From NCBI RefSeq assembly GCF_009834535.1, contig NC_045714.1, positions 8,370,001 to 8,434,000 of the forward strand: a stretch of 64,000 nucleotides of DNA. The letters are read 5' to 3'. This stretch comes from Camelus ferus. Its lineage: Eukaryota. The notes below the pieces were generated by a model, which saw only the letters and a program-made list of their open reading frames with translations, did no database searches and had not been told where the DNA came from. Positions 35,673-48,620 of this stretch are shown here, piece after piece. Within the stretch, counting starts at the first letter, position 1; the number at the start of each line of letters is the position of its first letter. A program made the position numbers and the translations under genes.

Positions 35673-37480
35673 AGAAAAAACAATACCACTTATAATTGCA
35701 CAAAAAATGAAATACAAAACAGGTATAGGACTTATATGCAGAAAACTTTACAATACTGAAGAAAGAAATTATAAACGATATAAATAAAGAGAGACATACA
35801 ATGTTCATGGACTGGAAGACTCCACACCACAAAGATGTCAATCCTCCTAAGTTGATATACAGGGTTAGTGCAATTCTTATCAAAATCCTAGCAGGATATT
35901 TAGAGATAGATGAGATTATTCTAAGATTTAAAGGTCAAAGGAATTAGAATATCTGAAACAATTTTGAAAAGAAAGAATAAAGTGGGAGGAACCAGCCTAC
36001 CTGATTTCAAGCCTTGTTATACAGCTATAGTATGCAAGGCTGTGTGGTATTGGTGGGTGGAGGCACAGACACATATTTGAATGGACAGAATGGAGAACCC
36101 AGAAATAGACCCACACAAATGTGCCCAACTGATTTTTGACAAAGATGCGAAAGCAATTCAATAGAGGAAAGATCATCTTTGCAATAAACAGTGCTGGAAT
36201 AATTTTACATTGAAAAAAAAAAAAGAACTTCAGTCTAAGTCTTATGCCTTATACAAAAATTAACTCAAAATGATCAACGACTAAAATACAAATGTAAAGT
36301 ATAAAACTTTAAGAAAAAAATAAGAGAAAATTTCTAGAATTGATGACAAAGAGTTTTTAAACTTGACATCAAAAGCATAATCCATAAAAGGAAAAAATGA
36401 TAAATTGGTCCCATCCAAATTGAAAGCTTTTGCTTTGTGAAAGATCCTTTTAAAAAGGATGAAAAAAAAGCTAGAAAGGGGGAGAAAGTATTTGAAAACC
36501 ACTTATCTGACAAAGGACTAGAATCTAGAATATATAAAGAACTCTCAAAACTCAACAGTTAAAAAAAACTCAAGCAATCCAATCAGAGAATGGCAAAGAT
36601 ATGAAGAGACATCTCACTGAAGATACAGATGGCAAATAAGCATGTAAAAGATGTTTAGTTTCATTAGCCACCAGGGAAATGCAAAGTAAAACCACAACAA
36701 GATACCACCACACACCTATCAGAATGGGGAAAGTAAAAAACAGTGACAATTTCAAATGCTGGCAAGGATGCAAAGAAACCAGATCACTCACACACTGCTG
36801 ATGGGAATATAAAGTGCTACAGCCAATCTGGAAAAGTTTAGCAGTTTCTTAAATAACTAAACATGCAAGTATAATTTAACCCAGCAACTGCACGCCTGGA
36901 TTTTTTTTTTCTACAGAAATGAAGACTTATATTCACAACCCAATACATTCATGTTCATAAAAACTTTGTTTGTAATAGCCCCAAACTGGAAACAGCCAAA
37001 TGTTTTTCAATGGTTGAATATTTAAACAAAATGTGTTACATCCACAGCATGGAATACTACTCAGCCATAAAAAGGAATGAAGGAAAAATATCTATTGATA
37101 GACTCAATGACCTGGGTGGAACTCCAGGGGATTATGCTGAAGGAAAAAAGCCTGTCCAAAAAAGACATATATTGTGTGACTCCATTCATATAACATTCTT
37201 GAAATGATCTACTTACGAAAATGGAGAAGAGATGTCAGAAGTTAAGAAAGGGGTGGAGGAGGGAGGAAAGTGGAGGTGCCTATCAAAGAGCAACGTGAGG
37301 TGGTGTCGCCATGATGGAAAGGTTCTCTTATGCATTATATCCAGGTCCGCATCCTGGTGGTGATGTTGTATTGTAGTTTTGCAAGATGTTACCATTGGGG
37401 GATGCTGGATAAAGGAATTTCTTTGTATTACTTCTTACAACTGCATATGAACCTACAATAATTTCAAGATTTAAAAGTTT
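35673..37480 (+). mobile_element. Degenerate L1MC-like ORF2 C-terminus and 3' UTR
   Basis: Recognisable ORF2 nucleotide blocks (ccagaaatagacccacac, cattagccaccagggaaatgcaa) and L1MC1-type end gttttgcaagatgttaccattggggg; no intact frame. Confidence 0.8.
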
Positions 37481-37544
37481 ATAGAAAGTATTACAGGGTA
37501 GTACTGAAAAAGGAAGAATGAAGAACAATTAAAAAGTCTCCACT

Positions 37545-38025
37545 CACAGCAGCACTGTATACAATAGCCAAGATGTGGAAGGAACCTAAATGTCCATCGA
37601 CGTATGACTNNNNNNNNNNNNNNNNNNNNNNNNNNNNNNNNNNNNNNNNNNNNNNNNNNNNNNNNNNNNNNNNNNNNNNNNNNNNNNNNNNNNNNNNNNN
37701 NNNNNNNNNNNNNNNNNNNNNNNNNNNNNNNNNNNNNNNNNNNNNNNNNNNNNNNNNNNNNNNNNCTCATCTGTGGAATCTTAAAAACAAAAGACAAAAA
37801 AGACACTATGAACTCGTCTACAAAACAGAAACACACTCGTAGACATAGTAAACAATCTTACAGTTACTGGGGAAAGGACATGGGAAGGGATAAATTTGGG
37901 AGTTTGAGATTTACAAATGTTAGCCACTATATACAAAAATAGATCTTAAAAAAAGTTTCTTCTGTATAGCACAGGGAACTATGCTCAATATCTTGTAATA
38001 ACCTTTAATGAAAATGAAAAAAAAG
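37545..38025 (+). mobile_element. Younger artiodactyl L1 3' end, interrupted by an N gap
   Basis: cagcactgtatacaatagccaaga...tatagcacagggaactat...tgtaataacc plus A tail. Confidence 0.78.
37610..37765. other. Assembly gap (156 N)
   Basis: Run of N. Confidence 0.99.
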
Positions 38026-38559
38026 ATCCAAAGTAGGAAAAAAAAAAGTCTTCACAATTTTGGAACAGGTAAATAAAGCAGCATGGGGTATGAACATATG
38101 AAGTTTACCTAGGACCATGTGACAGAATATTCTGCAGCCATGGATTCTTTGAGGGATGTATAACGAGAAGAAAAATGTCCCCAGTAAAGATAAAAATGAC
38201 CAGACTCTAGATGTCAGGCCAAGGCTAAACTCCTTAAAAAGATCTCATTTAATTCTTATAACTGATCCTGTGAAGTGTGGACTATTTGTCATTCCATTTT
38301 CACTGATGAATAAATTGATGCATAAAAAAATAAATAACTTGCCTTTGGTCAGAGAGTGAAACTCGGATTTGGCCCCAATAATTTCAGAGGCGAAAGGCCT
38401 TTAAGCACCATGCTGCATGGCCTCGGCCATCTCCTTCCCTTTAGGTGTTTATTCAGATATCTTCCCATCAAGAGCTTTCCTATTTTAATTTTCCTTGGCT
38501 CCTTTCCTCTTCCCTGCTACTTATTTCCCCCAACTTTTATCATCATCCACATATAACAC

Positions 38560-39580
38560 ATTTTAACCAAAGACGTGTGAGAATTCAGTGTAAGATAAAG
38601 ATGACACCTCAAACCTACTGGAATGAAGGAGGACTTTTTAATACAGATGTAAGGATGACTGGGTGGCCATCTGAAAAAAAATTACTTTAGTGTTGAAATC
38701 CCATACCAGGATAAAATCTAAATGGATAAAAGTACTAGAAGAACACATGGGAAAAAAAAAACTTTTATAATTTTGGATTGAGAAGGCTTTTGTAATTTTG
38801 ACTCAAAATCCAGAAGGCATGAAAGATTGAAAGTTGAAAAAACCAAATGTTGGAAACCATTTGGGAGGGAGGCTGGGATGAGAAGCATTCACCCTTATAC
38901 GTTACTGACTGAAGTGTCAATGACTTCCGTCCTGATGGAGGGCGGAAATTTTGGCATCGTCAACTAAAATTTTAAAAAGAAAATATTCTTTCACCCAGCA
39001 ATTCCACTTCTCTAAGAGTTGATCTTAAATCTCAATTCACATCAGTGTGGAATAACAAATATACTAGCTTATTCATTGCGATGAGGTCATAGCAAATGTT
39101 TGGAAACCATCCCAATGTCGTTAATAGGGTCCTGGTTAAATAAATCATGGTACATCCATTCAATGGAAAACCATGCAAGTATTACAAATGAGGAAGCTGT
39201 ACAGATATAGAAAGTGGTGTTAACTGAAAAAAACTTCATAGTATAGAACAGAATGTATATTATATTACCATTTGCTTAAAAAGAGGAATGCGAATCTACG
39301 CTTGTCTTTTGCTTGTATACGCTCAAAGAAACCTTAAAAAGATTCATTTAAAAATATGAACAGTGGCGTGGGGGTACAGCTCAGTGGTAGAGTGCACGCT
39401 TAGCATGCACAAGGTCCTGGGTTCAATCCCCAGTACCTCCAATAAATAAATGAAGAAATAAAAATAAGGAAAAAAAATACAAACAGTAGTTATCTGTTGG
39501 AGGTGGCACTGATAGACAATAATACCTTTTTTCTAATTTCTTACTTTGAGCCATGTGAATGTATTACCTATTAAAGTTAA
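38560..39580 (+). mobile_element. Old L1M fragments
   Basis: cccagcaattccacttct, ggtacatccattcaatggaa and other L1 3' blocks, highly diverged. Confidence 0.55.
39370..39478 (+). mobile_element. tRNA-Ala(AGC)-derived SINE inserted in old L1
   Basis: 72-nt tRNA-like head with A and B boxes, A-rich tail, imperfect TSD aaaatatgaacagtgg / aaaatacaaacagtag. Confidence 0.87.
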
Positions 39581-41091
39581 AATTAACACAAAATGTGGGT
39601 GACTAATTCCAAATGTTCAAAAACATCCAGAGAGCCAAACTCAATACAGTTGGGAAGCTGATTCCAGTGCGGGGCCACTAGTTTGTGGCCTGTGCATTAA
39701 ATAGTGGCTTATTCCTCCTTAACTACAAATACTTCTTTGTTATTCTCCTCAGGCCCCCAGATCGTTCTCAGCAAACAAAAATTTTAGACAGAAACACAGA
39801 CATTTCCCAGGAAATATCTGGAAACTTGTCTTTAAGCAAACAGGTGTCCGTGGTATCAGCTTATTTCTCATCTGTGCGGAAGAAGCCCATATATTTTTTC
39901 CCCTTTCTGTTGGCTTCAAAGGGCAAACAGACAGGAACACCAGTTAAGTGATCACAATTTGTCATGGTGAAAAATTGTGCCGTCTTTTAAGTTGATTGTC
40001 TATAATCAAGCCCACATGCAACTTCTGGCACCTTCCTTCAAGTGTAAATTGCATTTGGATTTCATCCTCCTTTAAGCAAGGTCTATCTGCAACATCTAGG
40101 TGAAAATATACGTGAAGGCAGGATGACCCAGGCTAAAGAGAAGCCTTGTCTGGAACGACTTGTGATGAATGTCTGCCCCATCTAGATTCCCCATCGGCTG
40201 TGCATCACTGGTTTCATTTTGAGTATCTGTACCAACAATCAGTGCCTAACGTGAGGTTTAACACAGGAAAATCTGTCTCAGAAACGTTGACCAGTACAGA
40301 AACCCATGACTCCACTCTTTCCCATCTGTTAGAAATTCGAGCCACATGCTGTCCGGGATAAAAGGGAAAGCTATGCTTCCTCTCCCACTCGGTTGCCCCA
40401 GCAGCACAAAGGACATCATTTACTCAGCAACAGTGGTCTCCAGACAAATGTTAAGTCTTTACTTTTTTGCTAAAAGCACAGTCACCTGCATCCACCCATT
40501 GTTAGATTTAGCATGAAAAATCAGATTTGGTGAATTCTTAAAGGTAAATTTATCCTCCCGTTTTCCTAGAAGGGAAAGCAAATTAATTAATCAAGCAGGA
40601 AGGAACTTCAAGATCCAAGTCTACTAAAAATGGTTTGTGGAATGTCAACATTTCTGAAGCAGTCTGAAAAAAAATTTTTTTTTAACTTTGTTTTGCTACA
40701 AAGCTGAAAACCACTGAAGGAGGCTCTATCTCCATAGCCAATTTTGTATTTTTACTTTTCCCACTATTTCTGCTCAATTCACATCAACGGATAAAAATGC
40801 ACTCACATCTTTTAAGCTCCTGCCAAGAAGAGGGAAAGAACTCAAGTAGCACAACTGTGAGAAATGCCAATAATGAAAGGACTTCGAAAACTGCCCATCC
40901 ACGAGGAAACTTCTCCTTCCAAAATACACATTAGCAACACGTGTTAAAAGTCAGTGTTATTTCGGAACAAGGAACTGCCACGCAAGCTCTGGACTGCACA
41001 GTTCCAGAATTATTTTAAGTGAAAATAACCTCTTATTAAACCTCTTGTTACTACTGGAGTTTCTAACGCAACTCAGGATGCTCAAGCTTCA

Positions 41092-41110
41092 CAGCGCCAT
41101 CTAGCGGAGG
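41092..41110 (-). promoter_or_regulatory. CTCF core motif CCTCCGCTAGATGGCGCTG
   Basis: Near-consensus match to CCASYAGRKGGCRS; CpGs retained in otherwise AT-rich intron. Confidence 0.7.
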
Positions 41111-41913
41111 GACCAGGAACGACCTCGGTTGCAGTACTTTCCTTACAGCCCGGAAGCACCCTGTTCTTGCTCCATTTATATAAAAAAAAGAGAAAATCTA
41201 GATGAGCAAAGGGTAAAAATATAAAACGCAACCATTATCCCATTACAGGAAATAACTACTACTAAAAATTTGCAATTTTCCCTTCCACACCCCTCTTTGG
41301 GTGGAAGGATGAATACCAGTGGGCAGGCAAGGAAAACATGATTTTTACCCAAAAGGGATCTTTCTGTATATACTATTTTGAAACCCACTTTTTAATTTAA
41401 CATTATATGCTATTATGACCGTCCTCACATGTCAATCATTCTATTTCTATGCCGTCCTTGTTTATGATGCCCTGTGTGAGGGGTTCCTGAATCAGTACAA
41501 AAGCCCTCCAAATAGGTCTTCAGATCTTCCTAACTTTTCTCTTACAGACAATGCAGGACTTGAAAAAAAAAATACCCTTGTGGGTAAAATATTGCCCATT
41601 ATCTCAATAAATTCCTAGCTGTCAAAGTGCTCATTCAAATTTCTTAAGACTTTAAAGTTGTGAACCACTTAAGTGCCACGGCTGAGAGAAACTTCCTAGT
41701 GATCCAGGCAACTGAGTAAGATCTTATCAGACGCTTCAGAGGGCAATAAAAGTAACCTAAAATACTGAAACATGAAATCTAGCTTTTCATTGTCTTTGGG
41801 CATGTTTTCTAAGAGGGGGAATCTGCATGACACAGATCTAAAAATGCTCCACTCACCCAATTTTCCCACCTCGTTTTTTAACTTAAAAAATTTTATAAAT
41901 TTTTTCTCTCATT

Positions 41914-42069
41914 ATTTATTTATTTAATGTTATTTTTTTAAACTTTGTTGGTGGGGGGGGGAAGGTAATTAGGTTTGTTTATTCATTTTAATGGAGGTAC
42001 TGGGGATTGAACCCACAACCTCATGCATGCTGGGTACAGCACTCTACCACTGAGCTATACCCTTCCCCC
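41914..42069 (-). mobile_element. tRNA-Ala-derived SINE, long form, inside an L1 tail
   Basis: 14-nt TSD ttttttctctcatt at 41900-41913 and 42070-42083. Confidence 0.87.
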
Positions 42070-42360
42070 TTTTTTCTCTCATTTTTTAAAACTGAAGTAT
42101 AGTTGATTTACAATGTTGTATTAGTTTCTGGTGTATAGCATAGTGATTCAGAGAGAGAGAGAGAGAGATACACATTCTTTTTTATATTCTTTTTCATTAC
42201 AGGTTACCACCAGCCATTGAATATAGTTCCCTGTGCCATACAGTAGGACCTTTGTTGTTTATCCGTACATAGTAGTTTCCATCTGCCAGTCCCAAATTCC
42301 CAATTTATCCCTACTCCTTCCCTCCGCCTCCCGCCCCCAAACCCCAAAGTTTGTTTTTCT
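42070..42360 (-). mobile_element. Artiodactyl L1 3' end with (AG)n; tail continues to about 41874
   Basis: tgaagtatagttgatttacaatgttg...ttgaatatagttccctgtgc signature. Confidence 0.75.
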
Positions 42361-43789
42361 GTGTCTCCTCCTCTTTTGGGGAGGAGAAAGGCAACAGTGT
42401 CCATTTTAGCTGCTTCTAATGGAATGAAGCGAGGCTGGACCAGCTGTCCAGTGTGATGCTCTTGATTCTTGTTTACAGATCATAAGCTCACCACCTGTTT
42501 TAACAGTCAATAGACATAACCTCAGGGTATTAAAAACTCATCCTACACTTAGGTAGCAGAAGTCTAATACAGCAGCTTTACATGGTAGAGCCTCATGAAT
42601 CTATGATATTGATCGATGCAGAGATGTTATATTTTTAAGATTAAATAAACCAGTTGTTCATTGTAGTCACAGGTGAAGAGTGCAAAGAAATCTATCAGAA
42701 AAAGCAATTCACATTTTCTTCCTATAAATAACGGTTTTCCATTTTCTCTCTCAGCAACTCCTCTGCTTGCGGGGTGAGTGAATTTGTCGACTTGATTTCC
42801 AATGGCAAGTGAAATGTGGGTAGAGAATTAAGCAATAAAATGTTCTTTTCTCGCTGCTTCTTTTTTTTTTTTTTTTTTTGGCAGCAGTAATTACTCTGGG
42901 GTATTGCTAAGGACACATGAGTTAGCACTCTCTTACGTAAAGTCCACTATGGATGATGGAAAACAGAAAAATCCATTTGTTGTGGGCAGAGAGAGGGTGG
43001 AGAGTGATTCCCAGGTCCCATCAGCAAAAAAGGATCTGTGGTGGATTCTTCTGGTCTATGATCAGTTCCAGCATGTAAACCTCCAGACTGACAATGACAT
43101 TTTACATTTATTAGAGGAAAAATATCCAACATTATATAAAAAAAACCACTTCAAAATACAAAAGCAAATAACCCACAGCCTAGAACAAGTTTCTCATCTG
43201 TTTAACAAACACTTCCTATTAGTGAGAAAACTGTTTTGAATACTGCCAAAATTAGGCTGCAGATTTTCTAAGAAATGTTTGGACTAATGTAGAAAAAGAA
43301 GAAAGGAAAGTCACACCCCTTTTCCTGAGTTTTTAGATTAAATCAGACTCCTTCCTTATTCTGCCCACTCCCCTATTCTAATGATCAGCCTTCTCTCTAA
43401 ATTCTGTGTATTTCATATGCAGCCCTTTTAATACACTGGAACTGTTCATTTATTTATTTCCTTGTTTATTATTGGTCCCTCCACTGGTACATGGTTCTAT
43501 CCATCCTGAAATCATTCTGGCACAAAAAAAAGCACTCAGATGTTTGTTGAATGAATAAACGAAAAATATTGGTGCCTCTTACTTATTGTTTAACACCAGC
43601 CGACAAATTGACTCTCAGGCTGGATTTACAGTTTATTAACCAGATGGTCACCTAAATTGCTTCAAACTGCCTTATGTGCTATGAAGGATGAAAAGCGGTC
43701 TCTGATGACAATATTTTATTTTACTCTCAACTCTACCACCAGAAAATAACAAGACAAGTGTTATAATGAAGGACAACTCACATGTTGGC

Positions 43790-44086
43790 AACTGTTGGGA
43801 ATAATAGGGAGGGGTGGGGACTTGGATGAACTGGAGAGAGAATGCCCCATCTCGAGGGGCAGTCACAACTCCCACCCCACCTGGGGACATAGGATGAAAC
43901 TTCTCACTTTTCAGAAATGTCTGGAATACGGAATTCTATTTAAATCTCATAATTTGAAAATACTGTCAACTTTGTCAATTTCAAAATGTTATCAATTAAT
44001 TAAAATATTATTTAAAACACTGGGTGGGTCATATAAAACCAATCTGTGGCTTGATGCATCCTACAAGAAGTCGTTTTCCAACTTTG
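43790..44086. mobile_element. MER102-like hAT element
   Basis: ggggacttggatgaactggagag ... aaaacactgggtgggtc...ttttccaactttg. Confidence 0.5.
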
Positions 44087-45057
44087 GTCTACATGTCTAA
44101 CTCAGCATTTCCTAGAAGAACTATTCCTTGGAAGATACACCCAACTGGTTAGACGGCTAATAGTTCTATGGATAATTAAGTCTGAGAAACACTCAGTTAA
44201 ACAAAGTCAAGCTGGTGTGCTTGCTGCAGGACTTCTCAGAGCCTTTAGCAGGCTGACATCCATTGTGAATCTTCAGGAAGGAGTATAAAGCAAGTACGAT
44301 TTTCAAAAACTCTTTGATGATGGGGCCCTAATTCTAGGCTGATCTTATTGGACAGATGAGTCCACAAAACATTAGTTTGCGACATATGAGCTTCAGAAAT
44401 TTAAAAAAGATATAAGATGTTTCAAAAGATTTTAAGTGCTCCCTCTTTTGAATTTATAGGCACAGTGGCTAAGTTGCTGGTGATGAATTCCAGTTCTGCT
44501 TCTTTCTAGCCACATGATTGTATGAGAGTTACTTCACCTCTCTGTGAGTTAGTCAGTGCTCCATAAATTAGGGCTGTTATTATAACCTTGGAAGGAGAGA
44601 ATCAGACTGAATAACACCAAAGGGAAAGTAAACTCAAAAATCTATTTTGCAAATTCACTGCAGAACACAATTCACTTGATATTCAACCATGATGAGTAAC
44701 ACCAGAATATACTAAAGACTGAGTTAAAAATACCAAATAAGTGGTAGAGATATATGATTCTGCATAGTTTATCTAAGTGGAAGCATCTAGAACATACATA
44801 GGTTTTGAAATCATTGTTTATTTAAAGTTGTGTTAGGCAGAGCTGATCACGAGATTGCAATAATATATTCTAACGTTCTCTGAAAAATCGTAACATGATG
44901 TGTACCATTAGTATTCTTGGAAGATTCATCTAACAAACATTACTGCATGCCAAGGTGTGCCGGGCAGTGTGCACTGGGAACAGCCAGTTGCATAAGAAAC
45001 AGTCACATCCCTCAAGATCGCTGTCTCCAGACATGAAAAGGGCGATGACGGTAGAAA

Positions 45058-45300
45058 AGAGCTTTTCAAACTTCAGATTGTGACTATTAGTGAATCGGAA
45101 CATAATTTAATGGGTCCCAACCAGCATTTAAAAACCATCAAACAAAACAGACTAGAAAGATTACAGAGCACCAGCCTGTGTGCTTAAGAATCGTACTATT
45201 TTGTGAATTCTTTGTTTCGTGTACGTGCACATGTATCAGGCCAGGATGTAACATCTGTTTCTCACTGTGGGTCACAGTCAAGTTAAAGAGCTAGTTTGAC
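45058..45300. mobile_element. Charlie4-like hAT fragment
   Basis: ttttcaaacttcagattgtgac...aatgggtcccaaccagcattt...ctcactgtgggtcacagtcaa. Confidence 0.55.
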
Positions 45301-45639
45301 GAGTCTATTTAAATAAATTACCATAAGGGGATACCACACCAGCCTCCTCTAGCTCCAACCACTTAATGATTTCCTAACATAAAGCTGATAGACAATAATA
45401 TGTCTGGTTTCTATCTGTGGCAAGTCATCTTTGCTGGAAGAGCCTGCTTTCTATTGTAGAAGCTTTCTAAACCCTCCAGGCAGACACGTGACTCAGTTTC
45501 ACCAATGGGTGAATCTTAGGCAACTCCTTTTTCACTTCATGGGACATAATGACCATCTGTATGCACTGCTTGGAACTATGGCAGCCTCCTTAAAACCACA
45601 AAGTCAGTATTATGTAATAGCTGTACATGGAGTATGACC

Positions 45640-45740
45640 TTTAAAAATTGTGAATCACTATGTTGTACACCTACACCTTACATAATGTTGTACATCAACT
45701 AGACCACACACACACACACAAAATGAAAAGCAAAAGAAAA
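45640..45740 (+). mobile_element. Short L1 3' terminal fragment with (CA)n tail
   Basis: gaatcactatgttgtacacct...ataatgttgtacatcaacta. Confidence 0.6.
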
Positions 45741-46149
45741 ACCACAAGGGACCAAGCCCGTGAACCAAGTCGATCAGTTCACGGAGGGCAGTGGAGACTG
45801 ACGCATCTGGGGGCTGTAAAGACGCCGCACCACACTGAACCCCCCTGCTTCTAGAGTTCTTATTATGTACAAGAAATAGTACATTCTCCTCATTAACTAA
45901 GACATATTGATTGAGCATTTTTTTTGTTTGTTTGTTTTGTTGTTGTTTTTTACTTGCAGCCAAAGGCACCCTAGATGATACACTACCCAAATTCCATCAT
46001 GCTGGAAAGCCATTTGATGTTTCATAGTCTTTATTTCTAAGCTTCTGACAATTTAGAAAATGGACTGTTTCATTTAGCATCATTACCACTGACAGCCCGT
46101 GCCTCCTCTCCCCTTGTAGTAGCCCCAGGGCAGGCAGGAGCTTCCCCTT

Positions 46150-46400
46150 GTGGATAAAAACACAAGGTTTTGAAATGACTGAGTGTGATGGATCTTGATT
46201 CCAGTTCTGCCACTAGTGCAGCTGTGTGGCCCTGAGCAAGTAACTTAACTTCTCTGAGCTCTGGTTTCACCATCTGTTAAATGGCAATAAAAATGTCTAC
46301 CCTGTCGGGTTGTTATAAGAATCAAAGCAGATAAGGTATGCAGAATGCTTCCTACACAGCCCAGGAAGAGCGAATTATTCAAAACTGGGGCAACTATTAT
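46150..46400 (+). mobile_element. MIR
   Basis: gctgtgtggccctgagcaagtaacttaacttctctgagc...catctgttaaatgg. Confidence 0.7.
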
Positions 46401-47719
46401 TTGCCTCTCCCACAAGGCTAGTAAGTGGTCGAGTCTGAGTTAATTCTTGTGTCACTCAGGCTCCTAACATTTGCACGTTACCTCCGCCACTGCCAACGTT
46501 TTATATCAAATGTTTCTTAGTGCTAATTTATAAAGTTCCTAAAAATTATAGTGTTAAAGCTGAAAACCTTGCTTACTCCCTAACTTGAATAATTTAAGAT
46601 GGGTTTTTCCTCTGCACTGACACAGTCTTTGGGTGGATGGTTCTCTTTACCTGTTGAAATACCATGGCCTGCGGCTGGAAGTCAACAAAATGAAATTTTA
46701 AAAAACCATGGCTTATAATTCGCTTGACTTTCTAATGTTGGAATTAAGTGATTCTTTTCTTTTTTTCCTCTTTGATTTGAGATTCACTTGATATTCCCCG
46801 TTTTGCACATACTAACATTTTTGCATAGCAGTTCTTCACATTAACATTACTCAATTTGGCATCGTTGCAACCTCACTGCAGTTTCAAATAATTAGTAAAA
46901 ACATAATATTAAGCATGGAAAGCATGGGCGTTGGAGACAGACAATTCTTTCTGAGCTGTGTAATCTGGAGTGAGTGACTTAGTTTCTCTAAAGCTTTGAC
47001 TTTTTCATCTGTAAAATGGCAAAGATATAAAAATGCCCTTCTAAGCTCTGATGTTTCCATGCGATGATTCCTTCAAAGTGGTTTTATCACAGAATTTCAT
47101 TTAACATATAGGATAGGATACAAGAAATAAAATACTGCAGGGATTCATGTCATGAGAAACCCCTCAGGAGAGGGGACATCTGGTCAGCTTCACGGGGAAC
47201 TTGGCACTTGAATGTGAAGTAAATTTTTGAGCAACAGAGACAGAAAGAGCTACAGGCAGAGAAAATACTTTGAAGCAGACAGCACCTAAATAGGTCATGT
47301 GTTGGCCCTTCTGACTGGGCAAATTTAAAGGAATAGGGGAAAATACAGTTAGAAACACAGACATCGGAAAGTTTGTAGAGATCCTTGAATGTCAGACTAA
47401 GAAACTGGGGCTTGTGGGCACCGGCATTTTAATTTATATTGTTTCTAAAACAATTTCACAACTCCTGCACTTTTTTTCTTAAACCCAAATTAGGACTTAA
47501 TGCCTTTGGTTACATAGTATTCAAATTAGATTCTATTGTGCTGTCTCTGCAAGTTCTAGTTGAGGGTTATAGAAGGGAAAGGTAAAAAGAATAAAATGTG
47601 GAGTAATAGGGAGAAAGCCATTCTGCTGATAATTGTTACATCTTATTTTTCTCAAGATGCAATATCTCTGTGTTAATTACTTTACATGACTTATCTCACT
47701 TAACTTTCACAAGTGTAAA

Positions 47720-47890
47720 TAAACATGAAAATGTGCTTGATACTATTATCATCTCCATTTTAAGGACAAAGAAACGGAGACTCAGAGAGGTTAAGTAACT
47801 TGCCCAAGGTCACACAGCCAGTAGGTGACAGAGGCAGAGTTGAAACCTCGGCGACCTGACTGCCAGGTTTATGTTTTAATTCACTACTTT
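47720..47890 (-). mobile_element. MIR
   Basis: gaaacggagactcagagaggttaagtaacttgcccaaggtcacacagc. Confidence 0.75.
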
Positions 47891-48019
47891 ATACCACATA
47901 GAAAAGGACTCTTGGGACCTTGGGTCTTTGATTGCAATTCTACCACTAAAGAGCAGTGGTAGGACGGAGTTGCCCTGAACCAAGACGAGAAAAGCCTGTG
48001 GATTAAACAAGTAGGTATT

Positions 48020-48620
48020 TCGTTGTCACTGGACGTGAATGAAGAGTTCGGTGGTGGACATATCGCGGTTGAGCCGCTCAGGGAACACTCACATGGAGAT
48101 GTGGAGATCCAAGCAGACGTGGAGAAGCGGCAGCTAGATCCTGAAGTCTGGGCTTCAGGGGCAGATCTGGGCTACAGGCATCAGGTTGGGACTTGTCAGC
48201 AGAGAGCTCTATGTAAACCCCTGGGGCTGGGAGAGCGCCAAGGGAGTCAGTGTAGTTAAAGAAGAAGACACCCAAGAACTGGACTCTGGGGGAGACCAGC
48301 GTCTAGAGGATAAGACTCAGCAGAAGAGACTGAGGAAGAGCAGCCAGGAAGCGGGGAGCACCCGGAAACCAAGTGAGGACGATGTTTCAGGAAGGAAGAC
48401 GTGCAGGGCTGTGTCAGCCTTGACTGGCAAGCCGCATAAAGGTGGAAAGGTATCCAGTTTGGCAGCTGAGGCGAAGGGTGGCGGGAAGGTGCCACATCAT
48501 GGCAACTTTGACAAGAGCAGTTTGTATGGAAGACAAAAAGCCTGGATGGAGTGTGTGCAAGAGGGAAAAGGAGAGAAAATCCCTGTTTCTCTTAATATCT
48601 GGAGCCTGAATGAATTTGAG
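48020..48620 (-). mobile_element. L2 internal fragment (source of the spurious 146-aa ORF 48186..48626)
   Basis: gagactgaggaagagcagccagg, gtttcaggaaggaag, catggcaactttgacaagagcagttt blocks. Confidence 0.65.

Noticed and set aside
39370-39441. Apparent 72-nt tRNA-Ala(AGC) gene
   Set aside because: Anticodon stem is broken (CACGC/GCACA pairs only 2 of 5); it is followed by an A tail rather than an oligo-T terminator, is flanked by a TSD, and has four sister copies in the window. It is a SINE.
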